Below, piece by piece: positions 1 through 7,284 of a stretch of 27,902 nucleotides of DNA. The stretch covers positions 1 through 27,902 of the forward strand of contig JBBCAX010000021.1 of the NCBI GenBank assembly GCA_051382335.1, given 5' to 3'. Below the pieces are notes generated by a model. That model was given only the letters and a program-made list of their open reading frames with translations, was not told the origin of the DNA and did not search any database. A program made the position numbers and the translations under genes. Position 1 is the first letter of the stretch. Each line of letters starts with the position of its first letter. This DNA is from Deltaproteobacteria bacterium TL4 (GTDB lineage Bacteria > SAR324 > NAC60-12).

Positions 1-1089
1 TTCCTGAACCATCTTTTCCGTCCCATAGGTATTGATATTGTAATCGCGGAGCCGCCTTGAATCGCTTCCCCATGGTTCTTCCAGCGATTTCGAGACTAAG
101 TTGGATGCTGTCAATGCCTTCAGGGACAAGACTGGAAGTCAAAGGCATAGAGAGCCTTGTGGTTTTTCCTCCAGGAACTCTGTCACTTTGATAGTGTAAA
201 AAATAAGGTGTCCCATAAATTCGAACGTCTTGCTTTAAGCTTTGAGATTCATCAATTCCTTGCAGGGTGCATTTCCCGCCCACACAAAGTCCTTCATCAC
301 TATTCCCATCAGCAAAGTTCATTCCTGTAAAAGGTGAAGTCGCGGCACTATCTTTGATGATGGCGCTTGTTCCTGTCAACATTTCGCCAACACTGTTTTT
401 GGTAAAAACTAAAATATGGGTCGCCTCTGTTGGAAGAGGAGTGCTGGGAGGAAAAAAGTGAATGATTTCATTTCCTGTTTTGGGATAAGCGGCGATATAA
501 GGGTTTTCTGAAAGTTTCGTCGAAGCGTTAGCTCCCCAGTAGATCACATACTCTTCAATATTCGTTTCATCAGAGCTTGGCGTAAGCGTTATAACTCCTT
601 CAATCTCTTTGATATCTGGATCTTTATCCTCAAAATCAATATTCGCCGCGGTTTGAGTAGCATAGACTTTATCCAAAATTGGAGTACTGACACCTGCCTC
701 CATTCTACCCTCATCATTTTTGGTATAAACGATCAAATGCGTAGCGGGTTGGAGCGTTTGGATGGCGTAAAAAACTTTGGTGTTCTCGGAAAACTGATAG
801 GTATAGCTGGAACTGCCATTCGCTGAGATAAGGGCGAGAGGTGCTGATAAATCAGCTCTTTGGGTCGCGCTAATGGCCAGTAAAGTTGATATTCTGTGAT
901 TTCGGATTCATCACTGGCGGCGGTAATGATTACGGTACCGCCAAGTTCTTTAGGATCACCATCTGTATCAACGAAAGTTAAACCACTAGCGGGAATTGTG
1001 GGAAGTTCTGGCGCGCCTCCTCCCATGCCCATTAAAAATACACTCAAAAATACAGCACAAATGACAGCATAACCCTTAGATATTTTCAT
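1..1089 (-). pseudogene. Secreted teneurin-like/YD-repeat (Rhs-type) protein, N-terminal part; one frameshift at ~877; runs off the left edge
   Basis: ORF 733-1089 has a signal peptide and an upstream RBS (AGGGGAG). Restoring one G at 877-878 (TAC TGG [G]CC ATT) joins it to a stop-free frame continuing to position 1. The joined protein has two ~110-aa repeats (FVDTDGDPKELGGTVIITAASDESEITEYQLYW...ATHLIVYTKN and FEDKDPDIKEIEGVITLTPSSDETNIEEYVIYW...ATHILVFTKN). These are followed by ESQSLKQDVRIYGTPYFLHYQSDRVPG...LTSSLVPEGIDSIQLSLEIAGRTMGKRFKAAPRLQYQYLWDGKDGSG, which resembles the teneurin FN-plug region as recalled. Confidence 0.7.
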
Positions 1090-1143
1090 GAGTCTCCCCT
1101 TTCGATGGTATTTAAATAATTTAACGCGAATCGTGTCTTTAAC

Positions 1144-1845
1144 TCAACATACTTTTTCCTTACATAAAAAATTATTAACCATAAGAACATAATTATTATT
1201 ATTTCTAAAGAGGAGGAAGTCAATCCAGGAAATGAGGCACAACGCTAGTGTTACGCCTTGTTCGCTCCTGATCGTGGCTCCCTCCATATCACTCAATGGC
1301 TTGGCATTTCTGAAGAATTCTTCCACGACCCACCTATTGGAATATGCGGAAATGATTTTTGCGGCTTCAAAGTGAAGCTGATTGGTGATGAGATACTTGC
1401 TGGTTTTTTTGACAGGATCAAAGCTCTGAACCACACGATGTTTACCGGAAAACGATTTAAAATGCACTGTGGCAATCTTGGTATGGTAAAGCCCTTTTTC
1501 TGCTTTTCCTGTCTCAAGATCCCGGTCAAAGCCACAGGGAATGAAGGAATCAAAGGTTTCAAAAAAATCAGGAAGGAATTTTACTTCAAATTGATGTTTA
1601 GCCAATCGCCCTGTCGGAGTGACTTTGGGCGTTTCACAAGGGAGTTTCACGTTATAACTCGCTTTTGCTTCCAAAATATAAGGTAACTGTAAACGTCTCA
1701 GACCTTTGATAAAGGGCTTAACACAGAACCATGAGGCCAATACCATCGCTTTGGGAAATCCAGAATCTAAAGCCACTGGAGCATTTCCAGAGCTAATTCG
1801 TTTTTGGTTTTATAGACAAACTCTTGTTCCTTTTGCCAAGGCCTA
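1144..1845 (-). mobile_element. IS701/IS4-superfamily DDE transposase remnant (5'-truncated, frameshifted)
   Basis: Exact Y(2)R(3)E(6)K signature (YSNRWVVEEFFRNAK) and YLITN. VLASWF lacks the Asp of the usual VLADSW motif. The upstream segment EFVYKTKNELALEMLQW lies in another frame (frameshift at ~1773). The N-terminal half is absent and the C-terminus runs into AT-rich sequence. Confidence 0.8.
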
Positions 1846-2029
1846 CGAGAGCCGGCTTCTTTATAAAAGATCCTGAAGGTGATTGGGAATTTGATCAAGC
1901 AACCGTTACTGGAGTAGAGAAAAACAATACACTTCGCTCAATACAAGGGATTTTCATAAGTCCTCCTGAGATTAATGTTGCTCAGGGAACTTATAGGCCA
2001 CATTGGCAAAATTCGACAGAATTTTTTCC

Positions 2030-2251
2030 ACCTGTGCAGGTGAGGTATTAGCTGTTAGCGTTTAGGTATTAGCTCGTGATTGACTACTTTTAAGAAGAGC
2101 AAAATGTTAAAAATTCTTTATCATCTCATGCATGTATTTTTTGTTTTGGTCACAAAAACATGAGTTCGTGAGCGCAAAAGGATGATGAAAACACATCATT
2201 TCCAACAGGCTAAAAGCTAAATGCTAATACCTTACACCTACCTGCACAGGT
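2030..2251. mobile_element. 222-bp non-coding element with terminal inverted repeats (MITE-like) and inverted heptamer arrays
   Basis: ACCTGTGCAGGT (2030-2041) is perfectly inverted at 2240-2251. Similarity extends inward via AGGTATTAGC/GCTAATACCT and the 7-mers TATTAGC-TGTTAGC-GTTTAGG-TATTAGC versus GCTAAAA-GCTAAAT-GCTAATA. No clear target duplication. Confidence 0.65.
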
Positions 2252-2312
2252 CGAAATTATTACAGAAACCATCGTTTACTCAAAACTCTCGTTTCCTGCT
2301 GAGAAGGTGTTT

Positions 2313-3809
2313 TTATAGTACAAAATCTTGACAGCGTTTTCGTGCCTGTTCCACGTGATTTTTAAATGCTTCAATCGATTGGAAATAACCTTCGCTTTGA
2401 GCGGTCATAGACTCAATCTGCTGTTCCACAGCGTCAGGAGAAGGAGCCCCTTGATGTTTCCTGTGTGAAAGTACGATTTGGGGCTGACTGAAGGGCTCCA
2501 GTTCTTCATCCGAAAGCGTGGCCTCAATTCCATTTTCGCGTAAGGCTTTTTTGATAGCTGAAGGGGAAAGTCGCTGTTGTTGTTCAGAAAGCTTAACCGC
2601 TAAAGCCATCACTTCGTAGCATTCCCTGAAAGATAAGTTCAGACTTCGAGCAAGATAGTCCGCAAGATCAACCGCATTCATAAATCCGGTTTGACACTGT
2701 TGCCGCATCGTTTCCTTATAAACCCGCAATGTTTCAAAAACACCTCTCAAGATCGTTGGAACAGGCTCGCATTCCCTGATGATATCCATAATCAGATATT
2801 TCGTTTGTTGGGTGTCTCTATTGTATCCACTAAGTCCTCCCTTTTGAATTCCCATCAGACTGACCACGCCCCCGTGAACTAAGGAGGCCTTGGCTTTGAT
2901 AATTTCAGCAAAATCGGGATTTTTCTTTTGAGGCATGATGGAAGAACCTGTTACGTAAGATTCATCAATACCAATCAACTTCAGGTAAGGCAGGCTCAAG
3001 AAAATTAAATCTTGAGCCATGATGCTGGCATGATTCATAAAGAAGGCATAATTCTGAGCTAATTGCGCTTCATTTTCCCACCGGGAAACAATGCAATCAA
3101 GCGTATTGAGATCCGTTTTTTCAAAACCAAGCAATTCCGTTGTGAGTTGACGGTCAATAGGCCAGGAGGTTCCAAAGGAGGCGGCCGCACCCAAGGGATT
3201 CCGGTTTACTAACTGAAGTCCTGAGAGGAGCCTTTCCAAATCCCGATTAAGTCCTTGAACATAGGCACATAACCAATGCCCCCACGTTGTGATCATCGCA
3301 GGTTGATAATGGGTAAAGCCCGGCATCACGGTTTGAACATGCGGCTTGGCGACACGGAGTAAGGTCCCTATTAACTCATAGATGTCTTTGGCCAAACGAA
3401 TTCCCGCATCCCTTAAATACAGTCGCATATCACAGGCCGTCTGATCATTTCTGCTACGTCCTGTATGCATGCGCCCTCCAATGTCAATCCCATATCGCTC
3501 CGTAATGAAGGCTTCCACATTGATATGCACATCTTCTTTCCGAGGATCCAGCGTGAATTCATTTTTTTGAACGAGTTCTTCTAAATCCGCCAACCCTTTC
3601 AGAATATTAGTCAGGGTGGTTGAGTCAATAATCTTCTGACGGTGGAGCATAATGTTGTGAGCACGGTTGGTCCAAATATCATAAGGCAGTAAGGTTTGGT
3701 CCGCCATGGGAAGCGCTTGCACATCTCTTCCTGCACAAAACAACACATTCGCTTCTTTGGGGGCGACGTTGAGGTGATTTCCCCAAACTTGTGATTTTTT
3801 TTCGGTCAT
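2313..3809 (-). CDS. argH: Argininosuccinate lyase
   Basis: EDVHINVE, GRMHTGRSRNDQ, MPGFTHYQPA, GSSIMPQKKNPD (fumarase/ASL signature) and GYNRDTQ motifs. The likely start is the ATG at 3809 (MTEKK), not the ORF-track start at 3848. Confidence 0.96.
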   Translation of the reverse strand: MTEKKSQVWGNHLNVAPKEANVLFCAGRDVQALPMADQTLLPYDIWTNRAHNIMLHRQKIIDSTTLTNILKGLADLEELVQKNEFTLDPRKEDVHINVEAFITERYGIDIGGRMHTGRSRNDQTACDMRLYLRDAGIRLAKDIYELIGTLLRVAKPHVQTVMPGFTHYQPAMITTWGHWLCAYVQGLNRDLERLLSGLQLVNRNPLGAAASFGTSWPIDRQLTTELLGFEKTDLNTLDCIVSRWENEAQLAQNYAFFMNHASIMAQDLIFLSLPYLKLIGIDESYVTGSSIMPQKKNPDFAEIIKAKASLVHGGVVSLMGIQKGGLSGYNRDTQQTKYLIMDIIRECEPVPTILRGVFETLRVYKETMRQQCQTGFMNAVDLADYLARSLNLSFRECYEVMALAVKLSEQQQRLSPSAIKKALRENGIEATLSDEELEPFSQPQIVLSHRKHQGAPSPDAVEQQIESMTAQSEGYFQSIEAFKNHVEQARKRCQDFVL

Positions 3810-3837
3810 GGGATTCGTATCCAAGAATGTTAAAACG

Positions 3838-5181
3838 CTACAAACCAAGGCTGCTTAATAACTCCTCAACCTGATTTGCTGATGAGGTTTCCTCCATTTT
3901 TGTGGGCGCTGCGGACACAGAGGATTTCAGGGTATATTCATACATTTTCACAAGTTGATCCACCAAAACCCGTTGCATAGGGTTAGTGGCCTTGTTTTGT
4001 CGAGCTGTGTAATTATGCGCGGCGAGCATCTGAACAAAAGTGCTGATTCTGCGGTTTGCTTCTGACACATTGTAAATACTGCACCGACAAACCAAATACA
4101 TCACATAAGCGAGGCTGAAATGATCCTTGGTCCATCCTCCACTTGCCAAATATTGCGCAAATGAAACAGGATCAAGCGTGCCCTCAACGAGGATTCCCGT
4201 TAAGAATTGAGCTTTGGAGAGAGGCTTTGCTAAAACCTTGGAATTAGCAATCTGTTGATGTAAGATCATCAAATGATCCCCTAAGTTCGTCATTTCCAAG
4301 TCATCCACAGAGTTAAACTTCAGCAAATTTTGATAATTAGAAAAACTTCGTACTTTTTCAGCAATTTCACGGGTGAGATCAAACACGAGCTTGTTGACAT
4401 TGGTTACTTTTTCCTCCACTTGAAAACGAGCGAGTTCGGTATAGATAAGACGTGTCCTTAGTTTACGTCCCAGTAAAAGTTTATTGATCACGTCGACAGG
4501 AATTCCATACTGCTTCAGTTTTTGCTGAAGGATTATTCGAATCTCGTTGTTGATCGGTAACCCATCCGCGCAAAGTTCATTGAAAATGGTCGAAAGCAGA
4601 AAGTCTTTTTCCCAAAGGTCCTTGTGATCATAGATTCCCTGAATCTTATGTTTCAATTTGTATTGATCTCTGACCAGGCGATCGAAGCGTTCTGTTAACA
4701 CGACGGACATTAGGGTGTACATGGTTATATTTTGCTGGTATTCTTGGTCCGCCAAACGATTTTCAGGAAATTCCATACCGTCAAGCATGTCTGAAAGCGA
4801 GGAGAGATCAATACCCAAGAGTAAAACCTCACCTGCCGCTTTGATCGAGGCCCCCCGGGCTTCACCCAGCAGGCTACGCTCTCCGAAAAGCGTAAACATT
4901 TGATTCATCACATCTATTTGTTTTTCTTCATCAATTTCATTCTGAAGGAAAACACGAAGTTCCCCCTGAATTAAAACGAAAATTTCTTGATCATACAGCC
5001 CTTGTTGGATGACTGCTTCTCCTGGTCCTTTTTTAACAAATTTAGAATATTGAAACAGTTGCTGGAGCTGGCTTAAGGAGAGCTGTGCGAATAAAGGAAC
5101 TTGCCTCATGATTTCAACAAACTCCTGTTCCACTTCAGGTGCCGTGTTTTTAAGATAATGGGTCTGAGGAATTTCTGACAT
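3838..5181 (-). CDS. Cyclic-nucleotide-binding domain protein with a helical C-terminal region and a CheZ-like C-terminal peptide
   Basis: N-terminal cNMP-binding (Crp-type) fold: VPLFAQLS...GEAVIQQG...FVLIQGELRV...FGERSLLGEARGASIKA. It ends ...SSANQVEELLSSLGL. The start is probably the ATG at 5181. Confidence 0.8.
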   Translation of the reverse strand: MSEIPQTHYLKNTAPEVEQEFVEIMRQVPLFAQLSLSQLQQLFQYSKFVKKGPGEAVIQQGLYDQEIFVLIQGELRVFLQNEIDEEKQIDVMNQMFTLFGERSLLGEARGASIKAAGEVLLLGIDLSSLSDMLDGMEFPENRLADQEYQQNITMYTLMSVVLTERFDRLVRDQYKLKHKIQGIYDHKDLWEKDFLLSTIFNELCADGLPINNEIRIILQQKLKQYGIPVDVINKLLLGRKLRTRLIYTELARFQVEEKVTNVNKLVFDLTREIAEKVRSFSNYQNLLKFNSVDDLEMTNLGDHLMILHQQIANSKVLAKPLSKAQFLTGILVEGTLDPVSFAQYLASGGWTKDHFSLAYVMYLVCRCSIYNVSEANRRISTFVQMLAAHNYTARQNKATNPMQRVLVDQLVKMYEYTLKSSVSAAPTKMEETSSANQVEELLSSLGL

Positions 5182-5281
5182 ATTCAGCACTCAAAAATTT
5201 AGGAAAAATCAACTCAATCAAATTATCGACATTCATTCAAATAATTTCATTTTTGACCCAGCGACAGCAACTCCGTGTCCC

Positions 5282-5370
5282 GTCCCGGGAAGAACGGGTC
5301 TTTGTCTCTCGGGACCACCATCCTTAGACCGCCCCTATTCAAATGAATCGCTAGAGGTTGAATGGGCTAC
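5282..5370 (-). repeat. Two REP-like hairpins (GTAG/GTGG-led palindromes) in the divergent intergenic region
   Basis: GTCCCGGGA (5282-5290) pairs with TCTCGGGAC (5307-5315). GCCCCTATTCAA (5331-5342) pairs with TTGAATGGGC (5358-5367). On the minus strand the two hairpins begin GTGG and GTAG respectively. Confidence 0.4.
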
Positions 5371-5490
5371 TTTTTGCCGAGAATATCAAATTCTAAGGGA
5401 TACATCCAGATTTTAATTGATTTTAAATGGTCTAAAAGAGAAAGGACCTGTTCTTGTCAGGAAGACCCCTTGCCCAGAAAAAACAATCAG

Positions 5491-5506
5491 TGGCCTTTCT
5501 TTTGCA
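5491..5506 (+). promoter_or_regulatory. Sigma54 (-24/-12) promoter of the flgB operon
   Basis: TGGC-CTTTCTT-TTGCA, correct TGGC-N7-TTGCW spacing, about 64 bp upstream of the flgB ATG. flgBC operons are commonly sigma54-dependent in polar and delta-proteobacterial systems. Confidence 0.75.
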
Positions 5507-5569
5507 TTTCCAGTGAGTGTAGGGTGTAAAAAAGGCCATGAAACTCAGTGTAATCAAGGAGAAATAAGG

Positions 5570-5986
5570 ATGTCTGATTTATTCCGAAGCAAAACGATGA
5601 CCTTGCTGGAGAAAACACTCAATTTTCGTACAAGTCGACATGACTTATTGGTTTCGAATATTGCGAATAAAGACACACCAGGTTTTCAAGCTCAGGATTT
5701 GGTTTTTGAAAAATCGTTGAAACAAGCTCTAAAGGCGGGTCAACCAGGCCCCTTACAAACCAAAGAGGCCCGTCATTTTGACGGCAATAACACGAAGCCT
5801 TTGGATCAAGTGACAGGTCAACGGATTACCAGTGCCGCCCCTTTTGTCGGGTTTGATGGAAATACGGTTGATTTAGATAAAGAAATGTCGAAATTGGCAG
5901 AAAATCAATTGATGTATAATGCGACCATTCGGATGGTCTCCCATCAATTTCGACAACTGAGAAATGCCATTAAAGGAGGAGTCTAA
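5570..5986 (+). CDS. flgB: Flagellar basal-body rod protein FlgB
   Basis: RHDLLVSNIANKDTPGFQAQDLVF and DGNTVDLDKEMSKLAENQLMY. The AGGAG RBS precedes the ATG at 5570. Confidence 0.96.
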   Translation: MSDLFRSKTMTLLEKTLNFRTSRHDLLVSNIANKDTPGFQAQDLVFEKSLKQALKAGQPGPLQTKEARHFDGNNTKPLDQVTGQRITSAAPFVGFDGNTVDLDKEMSKLAENQLMYNATIRMVSHQFRQLRNAIKGGV

Positions 5987-5987
5987 T

Positions 5988-6434
5988 ATGGGTTTTTTAT
6001 CGTCATTATCCGTGAGTTCTTCAGGAATGACCGCACAGCGCTTTCGTGTGAATACCATTTCTGAAAACATTGCCAACGCAGAAACCACAAGAACGGCTGA
6101 GGGAGGCCCCTATCGCAGACGAGTTGTCACCCTGGCCGCCGTTTCAAACGATCGGACTTTCGAGGAGGAATTACGAAACCAGGAGCGTTCTGTTGATACG
6201 GCAACTCAGGTTAAAGTGGTAGGCGTTTCGCAAGATCCCAGAGCCCCTTTGCTCAGGTATGAGCCCTCACATCCTGATGCAAATGAAGAAGGTTATGTGG
6301 AAATGCCGAATATTAACACGATGGAAGAAATGGTTAATTTAATGGCAGCCTCCAGGTCCTATGAAGCAAATATCGCAGCCTTCAACGCGACCAAAGGGAT
6401 GGCGCAGTCCGCATTGGAAATAGGGAGAACATAG
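5988..6434 (+). CDS. flgC: Flagellar basal-body rod protein FlgC
   Basis: SGMTAQRFRVNTISENIANAETTRT...GGPYRRR, YEPSHPDANEEGYVEMPNIN and ASRSYEAN. AGGAGG RBS upstream. Confidence 0.97.
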   Translation: MGFLSSLSVSSSGMTAQRFRVNTISENIANAETTRTAEGGPYRRRVVTLAAVSNDRTFEEELRNQERSVDTATQVKVVGVSQDPRAPLLRYEPSHPDANEEGYVEMPNINTMEEMVNLMAASRSYEANIAAFNATKGMAQSALEIGRT

Positions 6435-6455
6435 TTCGCATGAAACTGCTACGAC

Positions 6456-6761
6456 ATGACAAAGATAAACATTGAAAATCAAATAAACGCGTTATACCAA
6501 AAGGCCAGTGAACGGAAGAAGGAAGGGAATGAGACCCCTTCTTCAGAACCCGCTACTATTGGAAACGCATTAAAAGAGACCCTACAGAACATGCAGGAAA
6601 TTTCGAATGAGGTAGATTCCGCATTGAAAGCGTTATCAAGTTCGAACACTGAGGAGCTATCGGAAGAATTAGCACAGGTTGGTGTGATGCAAACACGGAT
6701 TATGGAAGCGCAACATAACCTTGTGGCGTTATACAAAAAATTGAAAACAAATAAAAGCTAG
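6456..6761 (+). CDS. Small helical protein, probable divergent FliE paralog
   Basis: 101 aa, lying between flgC and fliE. The helical pattern ALKETLQNMQE...LSEEL...AQHNLVALYKKL parallels the FliE C-terminus (VRNKLMAAYEEI) but lacks its invariant residues. Confidence 0.55.
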   Translation: MTKINIENQINALYQKASERKKEGNETPSSEPATIGNALKETLQNMQEISNEVDSALKALSSSNTEELSEELAQVGVMQTRIMEAQHNLVALYKKLKTNKS

Positions 6762-6770
6762 TGACTTGCT

Positions 6771-7082
6771 ATGAAATTACCACCGTCTCAATTTAGCCCG
6801 ATACAAAAAATTGCGAAAGAAGCGGTTAAGGCTGTTCAAAAACCGAATTTTAACGATACGAGTCGTAATATTGGCCAAACGTTTGAACAGTTGCTACAGG
6901 CTGTTAATCATCAACAGTTGACGGCTGAAACGAAGCAAACAGAGTTTTTAACAACTTCTAAAAAAGACATTCATGGGACAATGATTGCCCTTGAAAAGGC
7001 GGATCTTTCACTACAACTCATGCTGCAGGTTCGCAATAAATTGATGGCGGCCTATGAGGAAATTATGCGGATGCAGGTCTGA
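6771..7082 (+). CDS. fliE: Flagellar hook-basal body protein FliE
   Basis: DIHGTMIALEKADLSLQLMLQVRNKLMAAYEEIMRMQV is the canonical FliE C-terminus. Confidence 0.96.
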   Translation: MKLPPSQFSPIQKIAKEAVKAVQKPNFNDTSRNIGQTFEQLLQAVNHQQLTAETKQTEFLTTSKKDIHGTMIALEKADLSLQLMLQVRNKLMAAYEEIMRMQV

Positions 7083-7164
7083 CCTGATGAAGCTGGTATT
7101 GAGGGCTCCGTTCTGTTCTGGAATTTCCTTAGACGACGCAGACTTTATTTCGCCTGAATTTAAA

Positions 7165-7194
7165 TTGTTACTGGAAGAATATTTGTGCTACAAT
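7165..7194 (+). promoter_or_regulatory. Putative internal sigma70-type promoter upstream of fliF
   Basis: TTGTTA-N18-TACAAT with an extended -10 (TGC TACAAT), inside an unusually long 202-bp fliE-fliF gap. Confidence 0.4.
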
Positions 7195-7284
7195 GAGGCT
7201 TGAATCAGCACTTACAAGCTTCTGAAAGAGCGTATAAACGGTCCCTTTTTCCATGAGCCTTATTCTATAGACTGAGAGTGAACT

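Noticed and set aside
61..80. Apparent second frameshift in the teneurin-like gene
   Set aside because: Recounting the C run at 68-71 (four C) shows the frame is continuous (TMGKRFKAAPRLQYQYLWDGKD).
1824..2051. 75-aa + strand ORF as an intact gene
   Set aside because: It has a weak TTG start inside the IS remnant and ends inside the inverted-repeat element, so it is at most a gene fragment with no recognisable family.
5255..5420. c-di-GMP or cobalamin riboswitch upstream of flgB
   Set aside because: The conserved motifs were not found on either strand, and the region lies upstream of the predicted sigma54 start, outside the flgB transcript.
5417..5569. N-terminal extension of FlgB in the ORF track
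   Set aside because: It overlaps the sigma54 promoter; the RBS and family similarity point to the ATG at 5570.
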